Source: Eledone cirrhosa
Taxonomy: Eukaryota
Direction: 5' to 3'
Length of the DNA: 64,000 nucleotides
NCBI GenBank assembly: GCA_964016885.1
Contig: OZ024751.1
Span: forward strand, 2,604,001 to 2,668,000
In this document: one piece after another, positions 1 through 15,500 of the stretch
How positions within the stretch are numbered: position 1 is the stretch's first letter
How the letters are laid out: every line of letters begins with the position of its first letter
Position numbers and translations under genes: made by a program
The notes under the pieces: model-generated
The model's input: the letters and a program-made list of their open reading frames with translations, nothing else
What the model was told of the DNA's origin: nothing
The model's database searches: none

Positions 1-1542
1 ACTGTCATGTTGGACATTCCCTGTTTAACTCTCATATTGAGCCTTCCCTGATTAACTGTCATATTGAACTTTCCCTGTTGAACTGTCATGCTGAACCGTC
101 CCTGTTGAACTGTCATGTTGAACCTTCTCTGTTTAACTGTCAAGCTGAAACTTCTCTGTTGAACTGTCATATTGAACTTTCTCTGTTTAACTGTCATGTT
201 GAACTTTCTCTGTTGAACTGTCATGCTGAACCTTCCCTGTTGAACTGTCATATTGAACCTTCTCTGTTGAACTGTCATGCTGAACCTTCCTTGTTGAACT
301 ATCATATTGAACCTTCTCTGTTGAACTGCCATGTTGGACCTTCTCTGTTTAACTGTCATATTGAACCTTCTCTGTTTGACTTTCATATTGAACCTTCTCT
401 GTTGAACTGTCACGCTGAACCTTCTCTGTTGAACTGTCATGCTGAACCTTCTCTGTTGAACTGTCATATTGAACCTTCCCTTTTGAACTGTCATATTGGA
501 CCTTCTCTGTTGAACTGTCATATTGAACATTCTCTGTTGAGCTGTCATGATGAACCTTCTCTGTTTAACTGTCATATCGAACCTTCTCTGTTTAACTGTT
601 ATATTGAACTTTCTCTGTTGAACTGTCATGCTGAATCTTACCTGTTGAACTGTCATGTTGAATCTTCTCAGTTGAACTCATATTGAACATTCTCTGTTGA
701 GCTATCATGCTGAACCTTCTCTGTTTAACTGTCATATTGAACCTTCTCTGTTTAACTGTCATATTGAACTTTCTCTGTTGAACTGTCATGCTGAACCTTC
801 CATGTTGAACTGTCATGCTGAACCTTCCCTGTTTAACTGTCATATTGAACTTTCTCTGTTCAACTGTCATGCTGAACCTTCCCTGTTGAACTGTCATGTT
901 GAACCTTCTCTGTTGAACTGTCATGCTGAACCTTCCTTGTTGAACTATCATATTGAACCTTCTCTGTTGAACTGCCATGTTGGACCTTCTCTGTTTAACT
1001 GTCATATTGAACCTTCTCTGTTTGACTTTCATATTGAACCTTCTCTGTTGAACTGTAATATTGAACCTTCTCTGTTTAACTGTCATATTGAACTTTCTCT
1101 GTTGAACTCTCATGCTGAACCTTCCTTGTTGAACTGTCATTTTGAACCTTCCCTGTTGAACTGTCATGCTGAACCTTCCCTCTTTAACTGTCATGCTGAA
1201 CCTTCTATGTTGAACTGTCATGCTGAACCTTCCCTGTTGAACTGTCATGTTGGACCTTCTCTGTTTAACTGTCATATTGAACTTTGTCTGTTGAACTGTC
1301 ATGCTGAACCTTCCCTATTAAACTGTCATGTTGAATCTTCTCTGTTGAACTGTCATATTGAACCTTCTCTGTTGAACTGTCCTGTTGGACATTCTCTGTT
1401 GAACTGTCATATTGAACCTTCTCTGTAGAACTGTCATATTGAACCTATTTGCTTAACTGTGATATTGAACTTTCTCTGTTGAACTGTCATACTGAACCTT
1501 CTCTGTTGAACTGTCATATTGAACATTCTCTGTTGAACTGTC

Positions 1543-4500
1543 ATGTGTGAACCTTCCCTATTGAACTGTCATGTTGGACCTTCTCTGTTTAACTGTCATG
1601 TTGGACCGTCTCTGTTGAACTGTCATATTGAACCTTCTCTGTTTAACTATCATATTGAACTTTCTCTGTTGAAGTGTCATGCTGAACCTTCCCTATTGAA
1701 CTGTCATGTTGAATCTTCTCTGTTTAACTGTCATATTGAACATTCTCTGTTCAACTGTCATGCTGAACCTTCCCTGTTGAACTGTCATGTTGGACCGTCT
1801 CTGTTGAACTGTCATATTGAACCTTCTCTGTTTAACTATCATATTGAACTTTCTCTGTTGAACTGTCATGCTGAACCTTCCCTATTGAACTGTCATGTTG
1901 AATCTTCTCTGTTTAACTGTCATATTGAACATTCTCTGTTCAACTGTCATGCTGAACCTTTCCTGTTGAACTGTCATGTTGGACCTTCCCTGTTGAACTG
2001 TCATGCTGAACCTTCCCTGTTGAACTGTCATGCTGAACCTTCCCTGTTTAACTGTCATGCTGAACCTTCTCTGTTGAACTGTCATATTGAAATTTCTCTG
2101 TTGACATGTGATGCTGAATCTTCCCTGTTTAACTGTCATGCTGAACCTTCCCTGTTTAATTGTCATATCTAACTTTCTCTGTTGAACTGTCATGCTGAAC
2201 CTTCCCTCTTGAACTATCATATTGAACCTTCTCTATTGAACTGTCATATTGAACCTTCATTTTGGAACTGTCATGTTCGACCTTCTCTGTAGAACTGTCA
2301 TATTGAACCTTTTCTGTTTAACTGTCATATTGAACCTTCTCTGTTGAACTGTCATACTGAACCTTCTCTGTTGAACTGTCTTATTGAACCTTCCCTGTTG
2401 AGCTGTCATGTTGGACCTTCCCTGTTGAACTGTCATGTTGCACATTCTCTGTTGAACTGTCATATTGAACTTTCTCTGTTGAACTGTCATGCTGAATCGT
2501 CCCTGTTGAACTGTCTTGCTGAACCTTCCCTGTTGAACTGTCATCTTGAACCTTCTCTGTTGAACTGTCATACTGAACTTTCTCTGTTGAACTGTCGTAT
2601 TGAACCCTCTCTGTTGAACTGTCATGTTGGACATTCCCTGTTTAACTCTCATATTGAACCTTCCCTGATTAACTGTCATATTGAACTTTCCCTGTTGAAC
2701 TGTCATGCTGAACCATCCCTGTTGAACTGTCATGTTGAACCTTGTCTGTTTAACTGTCAAGCTGAACCTTCTCTGTTGAACTGTCATATTGAACTTTCTC
2801 TGTTTAACTGTCATATTGAACTTTCTCTGTTGAACTATCATGCTGAACCTTCCCTGTTGAACTGTCATATTGAACCTTCTCTGTTGAACTGTCATGCTGA
2901 ACCTTCCTTGTTGAACTATCATATTGAACCTTCTCTGTTGAACTGCCATGTTGGACCTTCTCTGTTTAACTGTCATATTGAACCTTCTCTGTTTGACTTT
3001 CATATTGAACCTTCTCTGTTGAACTGTAATATTGAACCTTCTCTGTTTAACTGTCATATTGAACTTTCTCTGTTTAACTGTCATATTGAACTTTCTCTGT
3101 TGAACTCTCATGCTGAACCTTCCTTGTTGAACTGTCATCTTGAACCTTCTCTGTTGAACTGTCATGCTGAACCTTCCCTGTTTAACTGTCATGCTGAACC
3201 TTCTATGTTGAACTGTCATGTTGAACCTTCCCTGTTGAACTGTCATGTTGGACCTTCTCTGTTTAACTGTCATATTGAACTTTCTCTGTTGAACTGTCAT
3301 GCTGAACCTTCCCTATTGAACTGTCATGTTGAATCTTCTCTGTTGAACTGTCATATTGAACCTTCTCTGTTGAACTGTCCTGTTGGACATTCTCTGTTGA
3401 ACTGTCATATTTAACCTTCTCTGTAGAACTGTCATATTGAACCTATTTGCTTAACTGTGATATTGAACTTTCTCTGTTGAACTGTCATGCTGAACCTTCC
3501 CTATTAAACTGTCATGTTGAATCTTCTCTGTTGAACTGTCATATTGAACCTTCTCTGTTGAACTGTCCTGTTGGACATTCTCTGTTGAACTGTCATATTG
3601 AACCTTCCCTATTGAACTGTCATGTTGAATCTTCTCTGTTTAACTGTCATATTGAACATTCTCTGTTCAACTGTCATGCTGAACCTTCCCTGTTGAACTG
3701 TCATGTTGAACCTTCTCTGTTGAACTATCATACTGAACCTTCTATGTTGAAAAGTCGTACTGAACCTTTCCTGTTGAACTATCATACTGAACCTTCTATG
3801 TTGAAAAGTCGTATTGAACCTTTCCTGTTGAACTGTCATGTTGGACCTTCCCTGTTGAACTGTCATGCTGAACCTTCCCTGTTGAACTGTCATGTTGGAC
3901 CGTCTCTGTAGAACTGTCATATTGAACCTATTTGCTTAACTGTGATATTGAACTTTCTCTGTTGAACTGTCATACTGAACCTTCTCTGTTGAACTGTCAT
4001 ATTGAACATTCTCTGTTGAACTGTCATGTGTGAACCTTCCCCATTGAACTGTCACGTTGGACCTTCTCTGTTTAACTGTCATGTTGGACCGTCTCTGTTG
4101 AACTGTCAAATTGAACCTTCTCTGTTTAACTATCATATTGAACTTTCTCTGTTGAACTGTCATGCTGAACCTTCCCTATTGAACTGTCATGTTGAATCTT
4201 CTCTGTTTAACTGTCATATTGAACATTCTCTGTTCAACTGTCATGCTGAACCTTCCCTGTTGAACTGTCATGTTGAATCTTCTCTGTTGAACTATCATAC
4301 TGAACCTTCTATGTTGAAAAGTCGTATTGAACCTTTCCTGTTGAACTGTCATGTTGGACATTCCCTGTTGAACTGTCATGCTGAACCTTCCCTGTTGAAC
4401 TGTCATGCTGAACCTTCCCTGTTGAACTGTCATGCTGAACCTTCCCTGTTTAACTGTCATGCTGAACCTTCTCTGTTGAACTGTCATATTGAAATTTCTC

Positions 4501-5504
4501 TGTTGACATGTGATGCTGAATCTTCCCTGTTTAACTGTCATGCTGAACCTTCCCTGTTTAATTGTCATATCTAACTTTCTCTGTTGAACTGTCATGCTGA
4601 ACCTTCCCTCTTGAACTATCATATTGAACCTTCTCTATTGAACTGTCATATTGAACCTTCATTTTGGAACTGTCATGTTCGACCTTCTCTGTAGAACTGT
4701 CATATTGAACCTTTTCTGTTTAACTGTCATATTGAACCTTCTCTGTTGAACTGTCATACTGAACCTTCTCTGTTGAACTGTCTTATTGAACCTTCCCTGT
4801 TGAGCTGTCATGTTGGACCTTCCCTGTTGAACTGTCATGTTGCACATTCTCTGTTGAACTGTCATATTGAACTTTCTCTGTTGAACTGTCATGCTGAATC
4901 GTCCCTGTTGAACTGTCTTGCTGAACCTTCCCTGTTGAACTGTCATATTGAACCTTCTCTGTTGAACTGTCATGCTGAACCTTCCTTGTTGAACTATCAT
5001 ATTGAACCTTCTCTGTTGAACTGCCATGTTGGACCTTCTCTGTTTAACTGTCATATTGAACCTTCTCTGTTTGACTTTCATATTGAACCTTCTCTGTTGA
5101 ACTGTAATATTGAACCTTCTCTGTTTAACTGTCATATTGAACTTTCTCTGTTTAACTGTCATATTGAACTTTCTCTGTTGAACTCTCATGCTGAACCTTC
5201 CTTGTTGAACTGTCATCTTGAACCTTCTCTGTTGAACTGTCATGCTGAACCTTCCCTGTTTAACTGTCATGCTGAACCTTCTATGTTGAACTGTTATGCT
5301 GAACCTTCTCTGTTGAACTGTCATGTTGGACCTTCTCTGTTTAACTGTCATATTGAACTTTCTCTGTTGAACTGTCATGCTGAACCTTCCCTATTGAACT
5401 GTCATGTTGAATCTTCTCTGTTGAACTGTCATATTGAACCTTCTCTGTTGAACTGTCCTGTTGGACATTCTCTGTTGAACTGTCATATTGAACCTTCTCT
5501 GTAG
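1543..5504. repeat. Higher-order duplication, period about 2.4 kb
   Basis: Rare variants recur at near-constant offset: 'cattttggaac...gttcgacc' near 2257 and 4659 (2402 bp), ORF starts 2344/4746 (2402 bp), 1-bp insertion 'catgtgtgaacc' at 1543/4026. Confidence 0.8.
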
Positions 5505-6563
5505 AACTGTCATATTGAACCTATTTGCTTAACTGTGATATTGATCTTTCTCTGTTGAACTGTCATACTGAACCTTCTCTGTTGAACTGTCATATTGAAC
5601 ATTCTCTGTTGAACTGTCATGTGTGAACCTTCCCTATTGAACTGTCATGTTGGACCTTCTCTGTTTAACTGTCATGTTGGACCGTCTCTGTTGAACTGTC
5701 ATATTGAACCTTCTCTGTTTAACTATCATATTGAACTTTCTCTGTTGAACTGTCATGTTGAACCTTCCCTGTTGAACTGTCATGCTGAACCTTCCCTGTT
5801 GAACTGTCATGCTGAACCTTCCCTGTTTAACTGTCATGCTGAACCTTCTCTGTTGAACTGTCATATTGAACTTTCTCTGTTGACATGTGATGCTGAATCT
5901 TCCCTGTTTAACTGTCATGCTGAACCTTCCCTGTTTAATTGTCATATCGAACTTTCTCTGTTGAACTGTCATGCTGAACCTTCCCTCTTGAACTATCATA
6001 TTGAACTTTCTCTGTTGAACAGTCATGTTGAACCTACTCTGTTGAACTGTCATGCTGAACCTTCTCTGTTGAACTGTCATGCTGAACCTTCCCTGTTGAA
6101 CTGTCGTGTTGGACCTTCTCTGCTTATCTGTCATATTGAACTTTCTCTGTTGAACTGTCATGCTGAACCTTCCTTGTTGAACTGTCATGTTGAACCTTCT
6201 CTGTTGAACTGTCATATTGAACCTTCTCTTTTGAACTGTCATGTTGGACCTTCTCTCTTGAACTGTCATATTGAACCTTCTCTGTAGAATTGTCATACTG
6301 AACCTTCTCTGTTGAACTGTCATATTGAAATTCTCTGTTGAGCTGTCATGCTGAACCTTCTGTGTTTAACTGTCATATCGAACCTTCTCTGTTTAACTGT
6401 CATATTGAACTTTCTCTGTTGAACTGTCATACTGAACCTTCTCTGTTGAACTGTCTTATTGAACCTTCCCTGTTGAGCTGTCATGTTGGACCTTCCCTGT
6501 TGAACTGTCATGTTGCACATTCTCTGTTGAACTGTCATATTGAACTTTCTCTGTTGAACTGTC

Positions 6564-9500
6564 ATGCTGAATATGTCCCTGTTGAACTGTCATACTGAAC
6601 CTTCTCTGTTGAACTGTCGTATTGAATCCTCTCTGTTGAACTGTCATGTTGGACGTTCCCTGTTTAACTCTCATATTGAGCCTTCCCTGATTAACTGTCA
6701 TATTGAACTTTCCCTGTTGAACTGTCATGCTGAACCGTCCCTGTTGAACTGTCATGTTGAACCTTCTCTGTTTAACTGTCAAGCTGAAACTTCTCTGTTG
6801 AACTGTCATATTGAACTTTCTCTGTTTAACTGTCATGTTGAACTTTCTCTGTTGAACTGTCATGCTGAACCTTCCCTGTTGAACTGTCATATTGAACCTT
6901 CTCTGTTGAACTGTCATGCTGAACCTTCCTTGTTGAACTATCATATTGAACCTTCTCTGTTGAACTGCCATGTTGGACCTTCTCTGTTTAACTGTCATAT
7001 TGAACCTTCTCTGTTTGACTTTCATATTGAACCTTCTCTGTTGAACTGTCACGCTGAACCTTCTCTGTTGAACTGTCATGCTGAACCTTCTCTGTTGAAC
7101 TGTCATATTGAATCTTCCCTTTTGAACTGTCATATTGGACCTTCTCTGTTGAACTGTCATATTGAACCTTCTCTGTTGAGCTGTCATGATGAACCTTCTC
7201 TGTTTAACTGTCATATCGAACCTTCTCTGTTTAACTGTTATATTGAACTTCTCTGTTGAACTGTCATGCTGAATCTTACCTGTTGAACTGTCATGTTGAA
7301 TCTTCTCAGTTGAACTCATATTGAACATTCTCTGTTGAGCTATCATGCTGAACCTTCTCTGTTTAACTGTCATGTTGAACCTTCTCTGTTTAACTGTCAT
7401 ATTGAACTTTCTCTGTTGAACTGTCATGCTGAACCTTCCATGTTGAACTGTCATGCTGAACCTTCCCTGTTTAACTGTCATATTGAACTTTCTCTGTTCA
7501 ACTGTCATGCTGAACCTTCCCTGTTGAACTGTCATGTTGAACCTTCTCTGTTGAACTGTCATACTGAACTTTCTATGCTGAACAGTCGTATTGAACCTTC
7601 CCTGTTGAACTCTCATGCTGGACCTTCCCTGTTTAACTCTCATATTGAACCATCCCTGTTGAACTGTCATATTGAACTTTCCCTGTTGAACTGTCATGCT
7701 GAACCTGCCCCGTTGAACTGTCATGCTGAACCTTCCCTGTTTAACTCTCATATTGAACCATCCCTGTTGAACTGTCATATTGAACTTTATCTGTTGAACT
7801 GTGATGCTGAACCTTCCCTGTTTAATTGTCATATTGAACATTGTTTGTTTAACTGTCATGCTGAACCTTCCCTGTTGAACTATCATACTGATCCTTCTCT
7901 GTTGAACTGTCATGTTGGACCGTCTCTGTTTAACTGTCATATTGAACCTTCTCTGTTTAACTATCATATTGAACTTTCCCTGTTGCACTGTCATGCTGAA
8001 CCTTCCCTATTGAACTGTCATGTTGAATCTTCTCTGTTGAACTGTCATATTGAACCTTCTCAGTTGAACTGTCATGTTGAACATTCTCTGTTGAACTGTC
8101 ATGCTGAAGCTTCCCTGTTGAACTGTCATGTTGGACATTCTCTGTTTAACTGTCATATTGAACTTTCTCTGTTGAACTGTCATGCTGAACCTTCCTTGTT
8201 GAACTGTCATGTTGGACCTTCTCTGTTGAACTGTCATATTGAAACTTCTCTGTAGAACTGTCATATTGAACCTTCTTTGTTTAACTGTGATATTGAACTT
8301 TCTCTGTTTAACTGTCATATTGAACTTTCTCTGTTGAACTCTCATGCTGAACCTTTCTTGTTGAACTGTCATCTTGAACCTTCTCTGTTGAACTGTCATG
8401 CTGAACCTTCCCTGTTTAACTGTCATGCTGAACCTTTTATGTTGAACTGTCATGCTGAACCTTCCCTGTTGAACTGTCATGTTGGACCTTCTCTGTTTAA
8501 CTGTCATGTTGAACTTTCTCTGTTGAAATGTCATGCTGAACCTTCCCTATTGAACTGTCATGTTGAATCTTCTCTGTTGAACTGTCATATTGAACCTTCT
8601 CTGTTGAACTGTCCTGTTGGACATTCTCTGTTGAACTGTCATATTGAACCTTCTCTGTAGAACTGTCATATTGAACCTATTTGCTTAACTGTGATATTGA
8701 ACTTTCTCTGTTGAACTGTCATACTGAACCTTCTCTGTTGAACTGTCATATTGAACATTCTCTGTTGAACTGTCATGTGTGAACCTTCCCTATTGAACTG
8801 TCATGTTGGACCTTCTCTGTTTAACTGTCATGTTGGACCGTCTCTGTTGAACTGTCATATTGAACCTTCTCTGTTTAACTATCATATTGAACTTTCTCTG
8901 TTGAACTGTCATGTTGAACCTTCTCTGTTGAACTATCATACTGAACCTTCTCTGTTGAAAAGTGTTATTGAACCTTTCCTGTTGAACTGTCATGTTGGAC
9001 CTTCCCTATTGAACTGTCATGCTGAACCTTCCCTGTTGAACTGTCATGCTGAACCTTCCCTGTTTAACTGTCATGCTGAACCTTCTCTGTTGAACTGTCA
9101 TATTGAACTTTCTCTGTTGACATGTGATGCTGAATCTTCCCTGTTTAACTGTCATGCTGAACCTTCCCTGTTTAATTGTCATATCGAACTTTCTCTGTTG
9201 AACTGTCATGCTGAACCTTCCCTCTTGAACTATCATATTGAACTTTCTCTGTTGAACAGTCATGTTGAACCTACTCTGTTGAACTGTCATGCTGAACCTT
9301 CTCTGTTGAACTGTCATGCTGAACCTTCCCTGTTGAACTGTCGTGTTGGACCTTCTCTGCTTATCTGTCATATTGAACTTTCTCTGTTGAACTGTCATGC
9401 TGAACCTTCCTTGTTGAACTGTCATGTTGAACCTTCTCTGTTGAACTGTCATATTGAACCTTCTCTTTTGAACTGTCATGTTGGACCTTCTCTCTTGAAC

Positions 9501-12500
9501 TGTCATATTGAACCTTCTCTGTAGAATTGTCATACTGAACCTTCTCTGTTGAACTGTCATATTGAAATTCTCTGTTGAGCTGTCATGCTGAACCTTCTGT
9601 GTTTAACTGTCATATCAAACCTTCTCTGTTTAACTGTCATATTGAACTTTCTCTGTTGAACTGTCATACTGAACCTTCTCTGTTGAACTGTCTTATTGAA
9701 CCTTCCCTGTTGAGCTGTCATGTTGGACCTTCCCTGTTGAACTGTCATGTTGCACATTCTCTGTTGAACTGTCATATTGAACTTTCTCTGTTGAACTGTC
9801 ATGCTGAATATGTCCCTGTTGAACTGTCATACTGAACCTTCTCTGTTGAACTGTCGTATTGAATCCACTCTGTTGAACTGTCATGTTGGACATTCCCTGT
9901 TTAACTCTCATATTGAGCCTTCCCTGATTAACTGTCATATTGAACTTTCCCTGTTGAACTGTCATGGTGAACCGTCCCTGTTGAACTGTCATGTTGAACC
10001 TTCTCTGTTTAACTGTCAAGCTGAAACTTCTCTGTTGAACTGTCATATTGAACTTTCTCTGTTTAACTGTCATATTGAACTTTCTCTGTTGAACTGTCAT
10101 GCTGAACCTTCCCTGTTGAACTGTCATATTGAACCTTCTCTGTTGAACTGTCATGCTGAACCTTCCTTGTTGAACTATCATATTGAACCTTCTCTGTTGA
10201 ACTGCCATGTTGGACCTTCTCTGTTTAACTGTCATATTGAACCTTCTCTGTTTGACTTTCATATTGAACCTTCTCTGTTGAACTGTCACGCTGAACCTTC
10301 TCTGTTGAACTGTCATGCTGAACCTTCTCTGTTGAACTGTCATATTGAACCTTCCCTTTTGAACTGTCATATTGGACCTTCTCTGTTGAACTGTCATATT
10401 GAACATTCTCTGTTGAGCTGTCATGATGAACCTTCTCTGTTTAACTGTCATATCGAACCTTCTCTGTTTAACTGTTATATTGAACTTTCTCTGTTGAACT
10501 GTCATGCTGAATCTTACCTGTTGAACTGTCATGTTGAATCTTCTCAGTTGAACTCATATTGAACATTCTCTGTTGAGCTATCATGCTGAACCTTCTCTGT
10601 TTAACTGTCAAGCTGAAACTTCTCTGTTGAACTGTCATACTGAACTTTCTATGCTGAACAGTCGTATTGAACCTTCCCTGTTGAACTCTCATGCTGGACC
10701 TTCCCTGTTTAACTCTCATATTGAACCATCCCTGTTGAACTGTCATATTGAACTTTCCCTGTTGAACTGTCATGCTGAACCTTCCCTGTTGAACTTTCAT
10801 GCTGAACATTGTTTGTTTAACTGTTATGCTGAACCTTCCCTGTTTAACTGTCATATTGAACGTTCTCTGTTGAAATGTCATGCTGAACATTCCCTGTTGA
10901 ACTATCATACTGATCCTTCTCTGTTGAACTGTCATGTTGGACCGTCTCTGTTTAACAGTCATATTGAACCTTCTCTGTTTAACTATCATATTGAACTTTC
11001 CCTGTTGCACTGTCATGCTGAACCTTCCCTATTGAACTGTCATGTTGAATCTTCTCTGTTGAACTGTCATATTGAACCTTCTCAGTTGAACTGTCATGTT
11101 GAACATTCTCTGTTGAACTGTCATGCTGAAGCTTCCCTGTTGAACTGTCATGTTGGACATTCTCTGTTTAACTGTCATATTGAAATTTCTCTGTTGAACT
11201 GTCATGCTGAACCTTCCTTGTTGAACTGTCATGTTGGACCTTCTCTGTTGAACTCTCATATTGAAACTTCTCTGTAGAACTGTCATATTGAACCTTCTTT
11301 GTTTAACTGTGATATTGAACTTTCTCTGTTGGACTGTCATACTGAACCTTCTCTGTTGAACTGACATATTGAACATTCTCTGTTGAGCTGTCATGCTGAA
11401 CCTTCTCTGTTTAACTGTCATATTGAACCTTCTCTGTTTAACTGTCATATTGAACTTTCTCTGTTGAACTGTCATGCTGAATATGTCCCTGTTGAACTGT
11501 CATACTGAACCTTCTCTGTTGAACTGTCGTATTGAATCCTCTCTGTTGAACTGTCATGTTGGACGTTCCCTGTTTAACTCTCATATTGAGCCTTCCCTGA
11601 TTAACTGTCATATTGAACTTTCCCTGTTGAACTGTCATGCTGAACCGTCCCTGTTGAACTGTCATGTTGAACCTTCTCTGTTTAACTGTCAAGCTGAAAC
11701 TTCTCTGTTGAACTGTCATATTGAACTTTCTCTGTTTAACTGTCATGTTGAACTTTCTCTGTTGAACTGTCATGCTGAACCTTCCCTGTTGAACTGTCAT
11801 ATTGAACCTTCTCTGTTGAACTGTCATGCTGAACCTTCCTTGTTGAACTATCATATTGAACCTTCTCTGTTGAACTGCCATGTTGGACCTTCTCTGTTTA
11901 ACTGTCATATTGAACCTTCTCTGTTTGACTTTCATATTGAACCTTCTCTGTTGAACTGTCACGCTGAACCTTCTCTGTTGAACTGTCATGCTGAACCTTC
12001 TCTGTTGAACTGTCATATTGAACCTTCCCTTTTGAACTGTCATATTGGACCTTCTCTGTTGAACTGTCATATTGAACATTCTCTGTTGAGCTGTCATGAT
12101 GAACCTTCTCTGTTTAACTGTCATATCGAACCTTCTCTGTTTAACTGTTATATTGAACTTTCTCTCTTGAACTGTCATGCTGAATCTTACCTGTTGAACT
12201 GTCATGTTGAATCTTCTCAGTTGAACTCATATTGAACATTCTCTGTTGAGCTATCATGCTGAACCTTCTCTGTTTAACTGTCATATTGAACCTTCTCTGT
12301 TTAACTGTCATATTGAACTTTCTCTGTTGAACTGTCATGCTGAACCTTCCATGTTGAACTGTCATGCTGAACCTTCCCTGTTTAACTGTCATATTGAACT
12401 TTCTCTGTTCAACTGTCATGCTGAACCTTCCCTGTTGAACTGTCATGTTGAACCTTCTCTGTTGAACTGTCATACTGAACTTTCTATGCTGAACAGTCGT

Positions 12501-15500
12501 ATTGAACCTTCCCTGTTGAACTCTCATGCTGGACCTTCCCTGTTTAACTCTCATATTGAACCATCCCTGTTGAACTGTCATATTGAACTTTCCCTGTTGA
12601 ACTGTCATGCTGAACCTGCCCCGTTGAACTGTCATGCTGAACCTTCCCTGTTTAACTCTCATATTGAACCATCCCTGTTGAACTGTCATATTGAACTTTA
12701 TCTGTTGAACTGTGATGCTGAACCTTCCCTGTTTAATTGTCATATTGAACATTGTTTGTTTAACTGTCATGCTGAACCTTCCCTGTTGAACTATCATACT
12801 GATCCTTCTCTGTTGAACTGTCATGTTGGACCGTCTCTGTTTAACTGTCATATTGAACCTTCTCTGTTTAACTATCATATTGAACTTTCCCTGTTGCACT
12901 GTCATGCTGAACCTTCCCTATTGAACTGTCATGTTGAATCTTCTCTGTTGAACTGTCATATTGAACCTTCTCAGTTGAACTGTCATGTTGAACATTCTCT
13001 GTTGAACTGTCATGCTGAAGCTTCCCTGTTGAACTGTCATGTTGGACATTCTCTGTTTAACTGTCATATTGAACTTTCTCTGTTGAACTGTCATGCTGAA
13101 CCTTCCTTGTTGAACTGTCATGTTGGACCTTCTCTGTTGAACTGTCATATTGAAACTTCTCTGTAGAACTGTCATATTGAACCTTCTTTGTTTAACTGTG
13201 ATATTGAACTTTCTCTGTTTAACTGTCATATTGAACTTTCTCTGTTGAACTCTCATGCTGAACCTTCCTTGTTGAACTGTCATCTTGAACCTTCTCTGTT
13301 GAACTGTCATGCTGAACCTTCCCTGTTTAACTGTCATGCTGAACCTTTTATGTTGAACTGTCATGCTGAACCTTCCCTGTTGAACTGTCATGTTGGACCT
13401 TCTCTGTTTAACTGTCATGTTGAACTTTCTCTGTTGAAATGTCATGCTGAACCTTCCCTATTGAACTGTCATGTTGAATCTTCTCTGTTGAACTGTCATA
13501 TTGAACCTTCTCTGTTGAACTGTCCTGTTGGACATTCTCTGTTGAACTGTCATATTGAACCTTCTCTGTAGAACTGTCATATTGAACCTATTTGCTTAAC
13601 TGTGATATTGAACTTTCTCTGTTGAACTGTCATACTGAACCTTCTCTGTTGAACTGTCATATTGAACATTCTCTGTTGAACTGTCATGTGTGAACCTTCC
13701 CTATTGAACTGTCATGTTGGACCTTCTCTGTTTAACTGTCATGTTGGACCGTCTCTGTTGAACTGTCATATTGAACCTTCTCTGTTTAACTATCATATTG
13801 AACTTTCTCTGTTGAACTGTCATGTTGAACCTTCTCTGTTGAACTATCATACTGAACCTTCTCTGTTGAAAAGTGTTATTGATCCTTTCCTGTTGAACTG
13901 TCATGTTGGACCTTCCCTATTGAACTGTCATGCTGAACCTTCCCTGTTGAACTGTCATGCTGAACCTTCCCTGTTTAACTGTCATGCTGAACCTTCTCTG
14001 TTGAACTGTCATATTGAACTTTCTCTGTTGACATGTGATGCTGAATCTTCCCTGTTTAACTGTCATGCTGAACCTTCCCTGTTTAATTGTCATATCGAAC
14101 TTTCTCTGTTGAACTGTCATGCTGAACCTTCCCTCTTGAACTATCATATTGAACTTTCTCTGTTGAACAGTCATGTTGAACCTACTCTGTTGAACTGTCA
14201 TGCTGAACCTTCTCTGTTGAACTGTCATGCTGAACCTTCCCTGTTGAACTGTCGTGTTGGACCTTCTCTGCTTATCTGTCATATTGAACTTTCTCTGTTG
14301 AACTGTCATGCTGAACCTTCCTTGTTGAAATGTCATGTTGAACCTTCTCTGTTGAACTGTCATATTGAACCTTCTCTTTTGAACTGTCATGTTGGACCTT
14401 CTCTCTTGAACTGTCATATTGAACCTTCTCTGTAGAATTGTCATAATGAACCTTCTCTGTTGAACTGTCATATTGAAATTCTCTGTTGAGCTGTCATGCT
14501 GAACCTTCTGTGTTTAACTGTCATATCGAACCTTCTCTGTTTAACTGTCATATTGAACTTTCTCTGTTGAACTGTCATACTGAACCTTCTCTGTTGAACT
14601 GTCTTATTGAACCTTCCCTGTTGAGCTGTCATGTTGGACCTTCCCTGTTGAACTGTCATGTTGCACATTCTCTGTTGAACTGTCATATTGAACTTTCTCT
14701 GTTGAACTGTCATGCTGAATATGTCCCTGTTGAACTGTCATACTGAACCTTCTCTGTTGAACTGTCGTATTGAATCCACTCTGTTGAACTGTCATGTTGG
14801 ACATTCCCTGTTTAACTCTCATATTGAGCCTTCCCTGATTAACTGTCATATTGAACTTTCCCTGTTGAACTGTCATGGTGAACCGTCCCTGTTGAACTGT
14901 CATGTTGAACCTTCTCTGTTTAACTGTCAAGCTGAAACTTCTCTGTTGAACTGTCATATTGAACTTTCTCTGTTTAACTGTCATATTGAACTTTCTCTGT
15001 TGAACTGTCATGCTGTACCTTCCCTGTTGAACTGTCATATTGAACCTTCTCTGTTGAACTGTCATGCTGAACCTTCCTTGTTGAACTATCATATTGAACC
15101 TTCTCTGTTGAACTGCCATGTTGGACCTTCTCTGTTTAACTGTCATATTGAACCTTCTCTGTTTGACTTTCATATTGAACCTTCTCTGTTGAACTGTCAC
15201 GCTGAACCTTCTCTGTTGAACTGTCATGCTGAACCTTCTCTATTGAACTGTCATATTGAACCTTCCCTTTTGAACTGTCATATTGGACCTTCTCTGTTGA
15301 ACTGTCATATTGAACATTCTCTGTTGAGCTGTCATGATGAAGCTTCTCTGTTTAACTGTCATATCGAACCTTCTCTGTTTAACTGTTATATTGAACTTTC
15401 TCTGTTGAACTGTCATGCTGAATCTTACCTGTTGAACTGTCATGTTGAATCTTCTCAGTTGAACTCATATTGAACATTCTCTGTTGAGCTATCATGCTGA